From: a virus
Taxonomy: Duplodnaviria; Caudoviricetes
Reading direction: 5' to 3' (one strand)
Length of the DNA: 60,025 nucleotides
IMG/VR virus record: IMGVR_UViG_3300009136_000006
Location: 1-60,025 of that record
Position 1 is the stretch's first letter. Each line of letters starts with the position of its first letter. Below are positions 1-10,048 of this stretch, piece by piece. The notes beneath the pieces are model-generated. The model made no database searches, was not told where the DNA came from, and worked only from the letters and a program-made list of their open reading frames with translations. Both the position numbers and the translations under genes were made by a program.

Positions 1-128
1 AATGTGTACATCCTCGATGAGAGTTGGAGATTCTTATATTCCCAAACTGCAAGTATGGTTCCGCAGTGGTGGAAAGACTCTTACCGAGTGATTACCTAGT
101 TACGAGTTTTTGTCTCGCTGAAATCAAA

Positions 129-320
129 TTAGTAGTTAGGAAAAGGATTATCCTTTTCTACATCCAATCGTTCCGAAATAAATTCTTCGAATAGTTGACG
201 TTCAGCAGGAGTACGTCTCATCATCTCTTCATATTGGATTGCTCCTCGCATGAAGTATGTGATGTTAATGATATGTTTGATGAGACTTCTAACTTCACCT
301 CTCATAAAATCAAACATCAT
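129..320 (-). CDS. small baseplate hub/tail assembly chaperone (T4 gp51-like; possible -1 frameshift extension of upstream ORF)
   Basis: 63 aa ORF with GAGGAG RBS directly downstream of the gp26-like gene; its frame is open back to the slippery T7 run at 359-365. Confidence 0.6.
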   Translation of the reverse strand: MMFDFMRGEVRSLIKHIINITYFMRGAIQYEEMMRRTPAERQLFEEFISERLDVEKDNPFPNY

Positions 321-352
321 CGTAATCTCCTCTTGATCGCCTGATTTCAGCG

Positions 353-1180
353 TTAGATAAAAAAAGCTAGTGGATTAATTGGTGTACTGATTTCGATTTC
401 TTTCTTACAATCAAGGCACTTTACTTTTGTAGTAAAGTCAGGACCAAAGTCACTAACTTTTCCAACAGAATCGCTTATCTTACGAACCCAGCCTGCTGAT
501 ATTGCTGCTACCCATTCTCTGATAAATTGTTTATCGGTCACATCATCGACGGATTTAATCATTCCTATAATCGTATCATGTACATCTTTTTCGAGTAACT
601 TCAAATCCTCTTCATACTTATCTTCGTTCATGGCAGCTTGATACATGTTGACCACGTTGCCGAATCTAGGTGGGGACATTTCTAATACCTGTCCGTTGTC
701 TAGTGTGAGTTGGTATGATGTCGAAATCGTTGTAGGATCGAGTTTTTTTGAGTTCGTAATGAAAGGACTCATAGGAATTTTGTACGTCTGCTCTTTTGCA
801 TCTGTACAATCGTGAGTATATGTAATTTCCATAATATCTCCGTAAGTCAATCTACGTAAGCATACTAATATGAAATCGATATCTCTTGCTAACAATTCGA
901 GTGGCTTCAATACTGATGGGCAGCAGCGACTAACTACTTCTTCGATTGCTTGACCCGAAAATATTTTATCTGGGGTCTTAAATAAAATTTCATCGTATGT
1001 TACCATCGGATATATGTAAATTTCACCGTTTTCAGTCTCGGGCGATAATTCACCATTTTTGTAAAATACTCCCTGAGATGGTAAAGTAAACGTCTCTCCA
1101 GGAATCCGAATATTCTTAAGCAGTGGATTTTCTTGTGGAGGTGGTTGATTGTTATGTTGTATTGTATTTTCTTCTGACAT
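353..1180 (-). CDS. baseplate hub assembly / tail assembly chaperone (T4 gp26-like)
   Basis: TLPSQG..Y N-terminal motif, DIDFILVCLR, CxxC (CLDC) and FF near the C-terminus; start moved to ATG 1180 (GGAG RBS, late promoter at 1204-1211). Confidence 0.75.
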   Translation of the reverse strand: MSEENTIQHNNQPPPQENPLLKNIRIPGETFTLPSQGVFYKNGELSPETENGEIYIYPMVTYDEILFKTPDKIFSGQAIEEVVSRCCPSVLKPLELLARDIDFILVCLRRLTYGDIMEITYTHDCTDAKEQTYKIPMSPFITNSKKLDPTTISTSYQLTLDNGQVLEMSPPRFGNVVNMYQAAMNEDKYEEDLKLLEKDVHDTIIGMIKSVDDVTDKQFIREWVAAISAGWVRKISDSVGKVSDFGPDFTTKVKCLDCKKEIEISTPINPLAFFI

Positions 1181-1203
1181 TATTGTCTCCGTATAGTATG
1201 TCA

Positions 1204-1244
1204 TATTTATGTAGATGTACTTGCGGGGTTCAATGACATAAATA
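1204..1244. promoter_or_regulatory. divergent pair of late promoters (CATAAATA on each strand)
   Basis: TATTTATG 1204-1211 (minus) and CATAAATA 1237-1244 (plus) between divergent genes; resembles T4 late TATAAATA. Confidence 0.7.
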
Positions 1245-1275
1245 ACAAAGTAAGTAATTTCACAGGAACGTAATA

Positions 1276-3351
1276 ATGGCAATAATGGAACAAGCAGAGG
1301 TGCAAATAGCAGCGAATATATTTGCAAATGAATTTAAAAATGCTGGACTATTCGGTGGAGAGAATAGTGATCTCGGCCGCATGCAACGTCAAATGGACGA
1401 AGCGACCAAAAACAAAATCGAAGCGGACGAAGAGGCTACTGATTCCGTAGAAGAATTTTCAGACAAAGTAGAAAAAGCCAGTGAAACCACAAATAGCTTC
1501 TCGCAAGTATTAAAACGTACATACCAAAACATTGGATCATATTTCTCGGTCGCTGCACTATCGAGAGGTGTTGGGCAAGGTGTACAAGACTTTTCAGCTC
1601 AACTTAAATCTGGTGCAATAGATACGGGTGGCGCACTCGATCAGATGTACAGATCATTTAAACTTGCAGTTGATCCAGAAGTAATGTCTCAACTCCAAAA
1701 TCAAAACCGTGCTGCAGTAATTGCAATGGGTGGTGTTGAAACGTGGGCGACTGGATTAGCGGACGCTCGTGATTCATTATTTAGATATACGGGTGACATA
1801 CCTGAAGCGTTAGCACTTGCTTCTGGTTCATTCGAAACAATGAGACTCGCTGGTGTTGATCCATTAGTTAGTACGTTAATGGACGGACAGGGAAATCTTG
1901 TAGGATTTGGTAAATCACTTCGTGATGTCGCTCAGATGACAAGTATGAACATGAGCGAAGTCAATGAGATGATTAAAGGTTTTGTTGAAACAGATGAAGT
2001 TAGATTTAAATTGGCCGGAAGAAGAGATAAACAAGGAGCATTAGCCGAACTTGCTCAAAGACAACAATTGTTATTATCTTTGGGATACACAGCAGCGGAA
2101 GCTCAACGGGCTGGTACAGCATTAGATCAGTTAGCAGGAAAAGGACCACAAGACAGAATAAAACAAGCAGCTAACGCAATGGCTGCTCTTGGTGCTGCAG
2201 GAATGGGTGCTCAAGGAAGAGAGATCCAAAAAATAATAATGTTGGGCCAACGCCAAGGTGGTATTGGTACTGCAGAAGGCAGTGAAAAATATGCTAAGAT
2301 TATGGGTGAGTACCAAGAACGGATTGCAAAAACTGCAACTGGTTCACTTGCAGGCGAATTTGCTCAAATGGCAATCTATACTAAACTTGGTATGGAACAA
2401 GGGAAAACATTTGTTAATATAGCATCAGAACAACAGAAGACTAATTTAGCAAGAATGAAAGATGAGAAGACTGTTGGTGAAGCACAAGTAGGAGCTACGG
2501 ACTTATTACTAACAGCGAAAATATTGAAGGGAGCAATTTTGGATCATCCTGGAATTGCTTTGATTGCTGGTGGTATTGGATCATCTGTATCACTTTTGAA
2601 ATTTATAGCTGCGCAGTTAGCTATACAGACTGCGTCTGGTGGGATGAAAGGTAAAGTAGCTGGTGGGATGAATAGATTCTTAACCGGAAAAGGTGGAACT
2701 GGAATGAAAGGAAAAGCCTCGTTAGCATCTCGAGCAGGAGCAACAGGAGGCGCAGTAGCAATCGCAGGACTAATGGCTATGACAACAAGTTTTTTCCAAG
2801 GTGCAACGGAACATGCGGCGAAAGAGGGATCTACTGTTAGTGGTATTATCACACACGGATTTGGAGAAATTGGTAATGATATTTTGGGTATACTTGACTC
2901 GATGGGACTTGATGCGACAAAGAATCTTAATAAGGTTGGTAAAGGAATATCAGATTTCATTTTTAACATTTTTCACGGTGGTGATGTTGCTAAAGCTACA
3001 CAAACTGACATGATCGCCGTCAACAAACTCCGAGCACAAAGATGGGCACAATCTACAACTAATACTAATTTATCTCCACAAGTATCTGATGCACAAACCA
3101 AATTAAACGAAGCGTTCATGAACATAGCACGTCAAGGAGGCGACTTGTTCAATGCAAAGGATGCAGTCAATCCACAACTTAATACAATAGAAGAGATATT
3201 GAAAGAATTGAAAATTCCATTAGAAAAGGCAGCGATGTTAAGCGATGCACAAGCACAGTATCTTGCTAATATCGCAAAGGATGGCGAATTAACACAAAAA
3301 GAAATTGCATTGATGAACAAAAGAAACGTATTAGCGAGCATGAGAGAGTAA
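1276..3351 (+). CDS. tape-measure-like / baseplate hub tail length protein
   Basis: 691 aa, Ala/Gly/Gln/Met-rich helical composition with hydrophobic glycine-rich segments; adjacent to the chaperone pair. Confidence 0.6.
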   Translation: MAIMEQAEVQIAANIFANEFKNAGLFGGENSDLGRMQRQMDEATKNKIEADEEATDSVEEFSDKVEKASETTNSFSQVLKRTYQNIGSYFSVAALSRGVGQGVQDFSAQLKSGAIDTGGALDQMYRSFKLAVDPEVMSQLQNQNRAAVIAMGGVETWATGLADARDSLFRYTGDIPEALALASGSFETMRLAGVDPLVSTLMDGQGNLVGFGKSLRDVAQMTSMNMSEVNEMIKGFVETDEVRFKLAGRRDKQGALAELAQRQQLLLSLGYTAAEAQRAGTALDQLAGKGPQDRIKQAANAMAALGAAGMGAQGREIQKIIMLGQRQGGIGTAEGSEKYAKIMGEYQERIAKTATGSLAGEFAQMAIYTKLGMEQGKTFVNIASEQQKTNLARMKDEKTVGEAQVGATDLLLTAKILKGAILDHPGIALIAGGIGSSVSLLKFIAAQLAIQTASGGMKGKVAGGMNRFLTGKGGTGMKGKASLASRAGATGGAVAIAGLMAMTTSFFQGATEHAAKEGSTVSGIITHGFGEIGNDILGILDSMGLDATKNLNKVGKGISDFIFNIFHGGDVAKATQTDMIAVNKLRAQRWAQSTTNTNLSPQVSDAQTKLNEAFMNIARQGGDLFNAKDAVNPQLNTIEEILKELKIPLEKAAMLSDAQAQYLANIAKDGELTQKEIALMNKRNVLASMRE

Positions 3352-3406
3352 ATCGGAATAGCCCGAATACTACACACATAAATAAAGAGATAATAAGAGA
3401 ACATCT

Positions 3407-4978
3407 ATGGCAAAGTGGACAAATCATTTTAAAATCGTAGTACCTAAGAACGATACAATCAGAATGGCTGATAATCAGACATTGGGTGATGCAGGGTCGT
3501 ATGGTAATTACACGTGGTACCAACGTCTCGTTCAAGGATCAGCAGCAAGAATAACAAAATATCGTGAATATGATTTGATGGACAACGATATTGAAGTGGC
3601 TCGTGCGCTGGATACAATTGCTGAGGAAATGACAGGGAACAATCCAAAGACAGATATGCCTCTTGAACTTGATATCCTTACTGAAGAAGAAGAGTCAATT
3701 GACAACAATCTTGTATTAACACTAAAGGCAGCATTAGGACACTGGTCTCGTGTTCACAAGTGGGAAAACAGATTATTTAAAGTCTCTCGTAATATGATCA
3801 AATACGGAGATTGTTTTTTCGAACGTCAAGAAAAATCTAAAAAATGGACGTATCTTCATCCTCGTGGTGTAGTCGGTGCGATCGTTGATGCTGAAGATGC
3901 TACAAAAGTAGTAGGGTGGCAAATAAGAGAAAACATCAAAAAAGCAAAACCGATTTGGGGTGGTGCTCAATCTGGTGACCAAGAAGTAACATCGAAAATC
4001 GTATCAGCACAAAACATCATTCGCTTCACATTGAACGATGACATGTCAGATACAGCTCCTTTCGGCGAATCCGTTCTTACTGCGGTATATCGCGCTTGGA
4101 AACAAAAAGAATTAATAGAAGATGCGATTATCATTTATCGTGTTCAACGCGCACCAGAGCGCAGAGTATTCTACATCGACGTTGGTAAGATGCCTCCACA
4201 ACGTGTTAAAACATATCTTGAACAAATCAAGAATGAAATTAAACAGAAGAAGATTCCTACACAACAAGGTGGTAAGGATGAAGTCGAGTCAGTATATAAT
4301 CCACAATCAATGTCAGAAGACTTCTTCTTTGCACAACGTGCTGATGGTAGAGGATCTCGTGTAGAGACACTTCCTGGTGGAGCAGGTCTTGGTGAACTTG
4401 CTGATCTTGAATACTTTCAAGATAAGGTATGGAGAGGACTTCGTATTCCGATTTCATATATGAGAACAGGGACCGAGAATGCTATCTTCAATGATGGTAA
4501 GGTTGGTGTTGCTTATATCGAAGAATTAAAATTCGCGTTGTATGTGAAACGTCTACAAGGTCACATTGAAGAAACGATCGATTACGAATTCAAGCAGTAT
4601 ATGCAACAAAGCAATATTAATATTGATCCAACAATATATCGTATCGTTCTTCCAGAACCTACAAACTTCACCGTATACAGACAACAAGAAGTTGATGCTG
4701 CATTGCTTAGTTCGTATGGAACAGCCGATGGTGTTGAGTATCTTTCTAAGCGTTTTATTCTTGAGCGTTATCTTCAACTTACTGATGAAGAAATTGTTTC
4801 AAATGAACAGTTGATTCGTGAAGAAAAAGGACTTCCAACCGAAGGAAAAGATCTTGAAAAGGATTTACCAGCCATTTACAATCCTGAAGGAATGGAAGGA
4901 ATGGAAGGTGGTGACTTAGGTGGTGGTGAAGATATGCTTGCTGGTGGAGGCGGAGAAGAAGACGCCCCTGAAATTTAA
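3407..4978 (+). CDS. portal protein (T4 gp20-like)
   Basis: EDAIIIYRVQRAPERRVFYIDVGKMP, EDFFF, VETLPGG motifs; 523 aa; CATAAATA at 3377-3384. Confidence 0.95.
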   Translation: MAKWTNHFKIVVPKNDTIRMADNQTLGDAGSYGNYTWYQRLVQGSAARITKYREYDLMDNDIEVARALDTIAEEMTGNNPKTDMPLELDILTEEEESIDNNLVLTLKAALGHWSRVHKWENRLFKVSRNMIKYGDCFFERQEKSKKWTYLHPRGVVGAIVDAEDATKVVGWQIRENIKKAKPIWGGAQSGDQEVTSKIVSAQNIIRFTLNDDMSDTAPFGESVLTAVYRAWKQKELIEDAIIIYRVQRAPERRVFYIDVGKMPPQRVKTYLEQIKNEIKQKKIPTQQGGKDEVESVYNPQSMSEDFFFAQRADGRGSRVETLPGGAGLGELADLEYFQDKVWRGLRIPISYMRTGTENAIFNDGKVGVAYIEELKFALYVKRLQGHIEETIDYEFKQYMQQSNINIDPTIYRIVLPEPTNFTVYRQQEVDAALLSSYGTADGVEYLSKRFILERYLQLTDEEIVSNEQLIREEKGLPTEGKDLEKDLPAIYNPEGMEGMEGGDLGGGEDMLAGGGGEEDAPEI

Positions 4979-5045
4979 CGGCACCCCCAAAAAATTCTAT
5001 CGTAAATATAATATAACCCATAAATAATAAATTAGGAGACCAGAA

Positions 5046-5234
5046 ATGGACAACAAAGAAAACCTGAAAAATATGATCGACGCAATAATCGACGACAACA
5101 GTGAAAAAGCTGAAGTTGATTTTCACACGTTCTGCACAAACAAGACAAAAGACGTTATTGGTGTTACTTCCGATGATGACGAAGGTGTAGATGATGAAGG
5201 TGTAGAGATCGAAGTAGAAACAGACGAAGACTAA
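5046..5234 (+). CDS. small acidic prohead core protein (gp67/gp68-like position)
   Basis: 62 aa acidic ORF between portal and protease, AGGAG RBS, late promoter at 5019-5026. Confidence 0.6.
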   Translation: MDNKENLKNMIDAIIDDNSEKAEVDFHTFCTNKTKDVIGVTSDDDEGVDDEGVEIEVETDED

Positions 5235-5252
5235 ACAAACTAGGAGTTAATA

Positions 5253-5879
5253 ATGGATTTATTGATCGAGGAACTTACACCAACAGAAAGCCGTCTTATA
5301 AGTGAAGCATCACAAGACGGAAAGGACATGTATCTTTCTGGAATTTTTATGCAAGCAGAATTGAAAAACCGCAACGGTAGAACATATCCGCTTTCAGAAA
5401 TTAATCGTGCAGTAGAAGGCGCACAAAAAAGTATCACGGAACATAATGGTATTTTTGGTGAACTTGATCATCCTCAATCTTTGACTATTAATCTCGATCG
5501 TATCTCACATGCTATTACAGATATGCGAATGGAAGGAAACAACGCAATTGGTCGTGCAAAAATACTTGACACACCAATGGGCGCAATAGCAAAAGAATTA
5601 GTAAGAAGTGGTGTTCGGTTAGGTGTTTCCAGTCGTGGGGCTGGTGCAGTTAACGAAAGTATGGTAGCAGACTTTAACTTTGTTACAGTCGATATCGTAG
5701 CAACTCCTTCTGCTCCAGGTGCGATGCCAGATACGGTTTATGAATCTCTTGAAGCTTCAGCAAACGGTCGTGTGGTATTGACACTATCAGAACAAATTCA
5801 GACAGATCCCGAAGCTCAAGAGTATTTTAAGAGAGCTTTTATCAAATTTTTGAACGAAGGATTGTTCGCAAAAAATTAA
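5253..5879 (+). CDS. prohead protease (T4 gp21-like)
   Basis: KNRNGRTYP, GELDHP, LGVSSRG, DIVATPSAP motifs. Confidence 0.95.
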   Translation: MDLLIEELTPTESRLISEASQDGKDMYLSGIFMQAELKNRNGRTYPLSEINRAVEGAQKSITEHNGIFGELDHPQSLTINLDRISHAITDMRMEGNNAIGRAKILDTPMGAIAKELVRSGVRLGVSSRGAGAVNESMVADFNFVTVDIVATPSAPGAMPDTVYESLEASANGRVVLTLSEQIQTDPEAQEYFKRAFIKFLNEGLFAKN

Positions 5880-5902
5880 GAGTGATTGCTGAAATCATAC
5901 AA

Positions 5903-6054
5903 AACTCACTAGTATAAATACTGGTGAGTTACGGTATACATATAAAAATCATTAAAAATCATGAAAAAAATATGACTTGTAACCCCTTGTTACATAAATA
6001 CTTTTTGTGATCCAAAATAACTATATCGCAAAAATAGTAAACCGATGATAAATA
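5903..6054 (+). promoter_or_regulatory. triple late promoter region upstream of scaffold/capsid operon
   Basis: TATAAATA 5913-5920 (inside inverted repeat 5903-5930), CATAAATA 5993-6000, GATAAATA 6047-6054. Confidence 0.65.
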
Positions 6055-6128
6055 ATCATTGTAAAACAACATGTTAAATATTTAACTAATTATTAATACA
6101 AATTTAAACCCTTAAGGAGTACAAAATA

Positions 6129-7058
6129 ATGAATGAATTGCTTCAAAAACTATTAGAAGCTGAAATCCTTTCTGAAGATACAAAGAAAGAATTGGAAGAA
6201 GCTTTTACAAGCAAACTCGAAGAAGCTGTCGAGTCTGCTAAAGAAGAAGCTACTGCTGACGTTCGTGCAGAACTTACAGAGCAGTGGATTCAAGAAAGAG
6301 ATGCTCTTATCGAGGCAGTGGATGCAAAAGTTTCCGAATTCCTTGATGGTGAAATCTCAGAACTTAAAGAAGACATTGAACGTTTTCGTGATCTCGAAGC
6401 TGAATACGCTGAGAAGCTTGTTGAAGCTAAAGGAGAGATGGGCGAAGAACTTAAAGGTGATCTTGGTGAGTTGGTTGAAAAACTTGACGCTTTCCTTGAA
6501 ATTCGTTTAAGCGCAGAAGTTGAAGAACTTCGTGAAGATATCGACGCTGTTCGTCAGAACCAGTTTGGTCGTAAGATCTTCGAAGCAGTTGCTGAAGAAT
6601 ATGCTCGCAACTATGCAGATGACGAATCACTTGAAGGTACGCTTCGTGAAACAGAATCACGACTTGAAGATACTGAATCAGCTCTTGCTGAATCAGAAAC
6701 TGTTCGTAGTGAACTTGAACGTACAATTAAAATGGAATCAGTCCTTGAGCCACTTGATGGTTCTGCTAAGGAGATTATGGAAACAATTCTTAAGAATGTT
6801 CCTACTAATCAACTTGACGAAGGATATAAGACTTTTATCGGTCGTGTTTTGAAAGAAACTACAGATGATACTTCAGAGAAGGAAGATACAGTACTAGCTG
6901 AAGCAGAAGAAAATGATAATAAAGAAATTAGCGAAGGTGTAGTAATAACTGGAGATAATGACGAAATTATCGAAGAAAATGCAAAAGATCAAACAGATGA
7001 AAAAATGTCAGACGAGTCTATGCACCGTTTGCAACGTCTTGCCGGTCTTGCTAAATAA
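6129..7058 (+). CDS. prohead scaffold protein (T4 gp22-like)
   Basis: Glu-rich coiled coil, FGRKIFEA motif, located between protease and capsid genes. Confidence 0.85.
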   Translation: MNELLQKLLEAEILSEDTKKELEEAFTSKLEEAVESAKEEATADVRAELTEQWIQERDALIEAVDAKVSEFLDGEISELKEDIERFRDLEAEYAEKLVEAKGEMGEELKGDLGELVEKLDAFLEIRLSAEVEELREDIDAVRQNQFGRKIFEAVAEEYARNYADDESLEGTLRETESRLEDTESALAESETVRSELERTIKMESVLEPLDGSAKEIMETILKNVPTNQLDEGYKTFIGRVLKETTDDTSEKEDTVLAEAEENDNKEISEGVVITGDNDEIIEENAKDQTDEKMSDESMHRLQRLAGLAK

Positions 7059-7090
7059 CTTTAACTAGTATAAACTTAGGAGAAATAAAA

Positions 7091-8500
7091 ATGGACGAAA
7101 TGTTCGAAAATTGGTCAGAGACAAAAGCAGCATTGCTTGAAGGACTCTCACAAGATAAAAAGAAGATTGTAGCTCCTCTTCTTGAAAACCAGAAAAACCA
7201 CGTGTTGATGGAAACTGCAGCAGCAGGCGCAACAGTGGCTCATGACGTTGCAGGATTTAGAAAGATTTTAATCCCAATGATTCGTCGTGTAATTCCTGGT
7301 ACAATAGCAAGTGAGTTGGTTGGTGTTCAGCCAATGACAGGTCCAGTTGGACTTGTGTACTCTTTGCGTTACACATATAAGGAATCAGTAACTGATACTT
7401 CTAACAGCCCATTTGGTGCTCAGAGTATTACTGCTGGTGATGAAGCATTTGGTAACACACCTGCTCTTCGTTCTTTCTACTCTGGTGGTGCTTCCGCTGG
7501 TGTTGGTTCTCCAATTCCTGGTGATGCTCAAGCTCAAGCAGCTGGTGCGTCCGGTATTGGTCCATCCTCACCTGGTGACATCGACGGTACAGAAACAACT
7601 GGTGAAGCATGGCCTTCTAGCCTTGATATCTCTGCTACTACAGGCGACCGTTCATTCGGTGGTTCTGGTTCTTTCATTGAAGGATCTGGTGGTCGTAAGA
7701 TGGGTCTTGAAGTAGTTAGTCAGGCAGTTGAAGCTGGCTCACGTAAACTTCAAGCTGGTTGGACAATCGAAGCAATGCAAGATCTTAACGCTCAGCACGG
7801 ACTTGATATTGAGTCAGAAATGTCTCAAGCTCTTTCCGCTGAAATCGTTCAAGAAATTGATGCTGAAATCATCCAAGACCTTCTTGCACTTGCTGGAACT
7901 GTTGATTCATTTGACGGTGCTGGTGCTGGTGTATATGGTGGTGGCAGTTCTGGTAACTATGCTCCTGCATACGTTGGCGATCGTCTTGCTAACATTAGTG
8001 TAATCATCAACCGTGTTGCTAACGAGATTGGTCGTAAGACTCGTCGTGGTGTTGGTAACTTTGTAGTTGTTTCCCCAATGATTGTTTCTGTTCTTCAGTC
8101 TGCAAGCAAGTCAGTATTTGCTCCAGCTGTTGAAGGTTCTTTCAAAGGTCCTAACAACACAATGTTGGTTGGTACACTTAACGGTTCTATTAAGGTTTAT
8201 TCTTACCTTTGGAATCAAGCAGGTGCAGGTCTTGATCTTGGTGCTCCACAGGCTTCAAATGATGACGTTATCCTTGTTGGTTATAAAGGTGGTAACGGAG
8301 AAACTGATACAGGTTACTTCTACTGCCCTTACATTCCATTGATGAGTTCTGGTGTAGTTGTTAACCCAATTACTTTCCAACCAGTTGTTAGCTTGATGAC
8401 TCGCTACGGCAAGACATCTTTCACTAACACTACCTCTTCATTGGGTAACAGTGCTGATTACTACGGAAAAATCAACGTCAACGACCTTGACCTTGTATAA
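7091..8500 (+). CDS. major capsid protein (T4 gp23-like)
   Basis: VGVQPMTGPVGL, SRKLQAGWTIEAMQDL, GYFYCPYIPL, MTRYG motifs; strong codon bias. Confidence 0.97.
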   Translation: MDEMFENWSETKAALLEGLSQDKKKIVAPLLENQKNHVLMETAAAGATVAHDVAGFRKILIPMIRRVIPGTIASELVGVQPMTGPVGLVYSLRYTYKESVTDTSNSPFGAQSITAGDEAFGNTPALRSFYSGGASAGVGSPIPGDAQAQAAGASGIGPSSPGDIDGTETTGEAWPSSLDISATTGDRSFGGSGSFIEGSGGRKMGLEVVSQAVEAGSRKLQAGWTIEAMQDLNAQHGLDIESEMSQALSAEIVQEIDAEIIQDLLALAGTVDSFDGAGAGVYGGGSSGNYAPAYVGDRLANISVIINRVANEIGRKTRRGVGNFVVVSPMIVSVLQSASKSVFAPAVEGSFKGPNNTMLVGTLNGSIKVYSYLWNQAGAGLDLGAPQASNDDVILVGYKGGNGETDTGYFYCPYIPLMSSGVVVNPITFQPVVSLMTRYGKTSFTNTTSSLGNSADYYGKINVNDLDLV

Positions 8501-8530
8501 TCTGTAACGATTACACATAAAGTGACTTTA

Positions 8531-8556
8531 GAGCCCCGATTTATCGGGGCTTTTTT
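8531..8556 (+). terminator. Rho-independent terminator after capsid gene
   Basis: AGCCCCGAT-TT-ATCGGGGCT followed by T run. Confidence 0.9.
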
Positions 8557-8563
8557 GTGCCTG

Positions 8564-8592
8564 TTGACTTTAGGGAATAATATGAGTATAAT
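8564..8592 (+). promoter_or_regulatory. sigma70-type early promoter
   Basis: TTGACT-N17-TATAAT. Confidence 0.85.
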
Positions 8593-8652
8593 ACTATCGA
8601 ACATTCTAACTTCAACTCATAAATATTATAAACTAATATTTGGTAATAATGT

Positions 8653-9000
8653 ATGAAAAAAATGTCATTCAGTGAATACTTGAATTCAAAACAGGTGTTG
8701 CAACAGGCGATCACAGAGTCTCCCGTTCAAACCGTTTCGTATTCTGTTATGAAATATTGTCGTATTCCTGTTGGTGAGTTGAAAGAAGATAAGCAATATA
8801 TCACCCTCAAGCCAAAACAAAAAGTATTGGTAGAATGGAAATACACAAATTATATTACACCAGAAATACTATCGTTACAATTCGAGAACGTTGATGACGT
8901 TGAATTAGACGAGAGTTTCGATCCGTATTGGACGAGTCAACGACTACAAAAGTGGTTAAGCATCAATACAAAGAAAGAAACACCCGAAATATTTTCGTAG
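8653..9000 (+). CDS. hypothetical protein, possible head-packaged protein
   Basis: 115 aa ORF; N-terminus MKKMSFSEYL...AITE resembles T4 capsid-targeting leaders. Confidence 0.6.
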   Translation: MKKMSFSEYLNSKQVLQQAITESPVQTVSYSVMKYCRIPVGELKEDKQYITLKPKQKVLVEWKYTNYITPEILSLQFENVDDVELDESFDPYWTSQRLQKWLSINTKKETPEIFS

Positions 9001-9055
9001 TTGTTTAACTACTTTTGATAAATACCTTTTATACAAATTTACGGAGAATTAATGT

Positions 9056-9946
9056 ATGTCATTATCAACATTTAAAACTTTCTTAATTGAAGAAGCAGAA
9101 GGCAAAAAGAGTAAGAAGCTTTTTAACAAAGCAGATCTTACACGAAACATTAAAAAAGTCGTTAACTTGATGGACAAAAGCTACGATGATTCATTGACTC
9201 TTCTTGAGATGATCGTTTTGACCAAAGAAGTTCTTATCAGTCGTCTTGAGCCATACAGAGATGATCCTGAATACAAAGAACGTAAAAAGAATGACGATGA
9301 GCAAACTACTGATGCTATCTTTGATGAAGTTGAAGATACACTCAGCACTCACTTCCCAAATCACCGTGGACAGATCCTTCGCCAATTCTTAACATTAATT
9401 GTACGTCCAATCCTTGACGAAGTCAAGAGAGTTGGTATTGCAAACGCTGCTAGTTATTTTGATGATAAGCGTTTCGACAAGACTGCTAAAGATTCTTTTG
9501 GTGAATTCCTTCGCCAAATCGAAAACTCTGTTATCGTCCCTAATTCAGAAGACAAGGAAGTTGCTAAAACTGTTCTTGCTGCATGGAGCAAGGAAGCCCG
9601 TCTCAAGCAGAAGGAGGCAAAACTTACTCCTAAGCAACGTAGATTGTCTAGAATTAAGACTGCTGTTGAAAAAGTACAAAAAGATGACGATGTTGATGAC
9701 AAGAAAGATGACAAGGAAGATGTGAAAGAATCAATCGTGTCAGATCTAAAACGAAAAATGCAAGGAAAAGTATCTGGAAAGGCACAAATTAAACGCGTAT
9801 CTCTTTCTGCTCTTCAACGAATGGTTGATGGGATAAAGGATATGGACAAGTATGCAGATTCTCCTGAAGATTTCAAAAGTTATGTTATTGATATGCGCAA
9901 AGATTTAATTGATGCTATTAAAATGATAAAAGCTGTAGAAGACTAA
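9056..9946 (+). CDS. hypothetical charged protein, possible internal head protein
   Basis: 296 aa; leader MSLSTFKTFLIEE; late promoter 9017-9024; GGAG RBS. Confidence 0.65.
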   Translation: MSLSTFKTFLIEEAEGKKSKKLFNKADLTRNIKKVVNLMDKSYDDSLTLLEMIVLTKEVLISRLEPYRDDPEYKERKKNDDEQTTDAIFDEVEDTLSTHFPNHRGQILRQFLTLIVRPILDEVKRVGIANAASYFDDKRFDKTAKDSFGEFLRQIENSVIVPNSEDKEVAKTVLAAWSKEARLKQKEAKLTPKQRRLSRIKTAVEKVQKDDDVDDKKDDKEDVKESIVSDLKRKMQGKVSGKAQIKRVSLSALQRMVDGIKDMDKYADSPEDFKSYVIDMRKDLIDAIKMIKAVED

Positions 9947-9976
9947 ACAAATACCCTTCGTTATTCGTAGTAATAC

Positions 9977-10003
9977 AAAAGAGCTGGTTAATCCAGCTCT
10001 TTT
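9977..10003. terminator. Rho-independent terminator (possibly bidirectional)
   Basis: AAAAGAGCTGG-TTAAT-CCAGCTCTTTT. Confidence 0.85.
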
Positions 10004-10048
10004 CTTTTCTCCCCTCATAAATACTCCAAATTACCAAAGGAGTAACAC

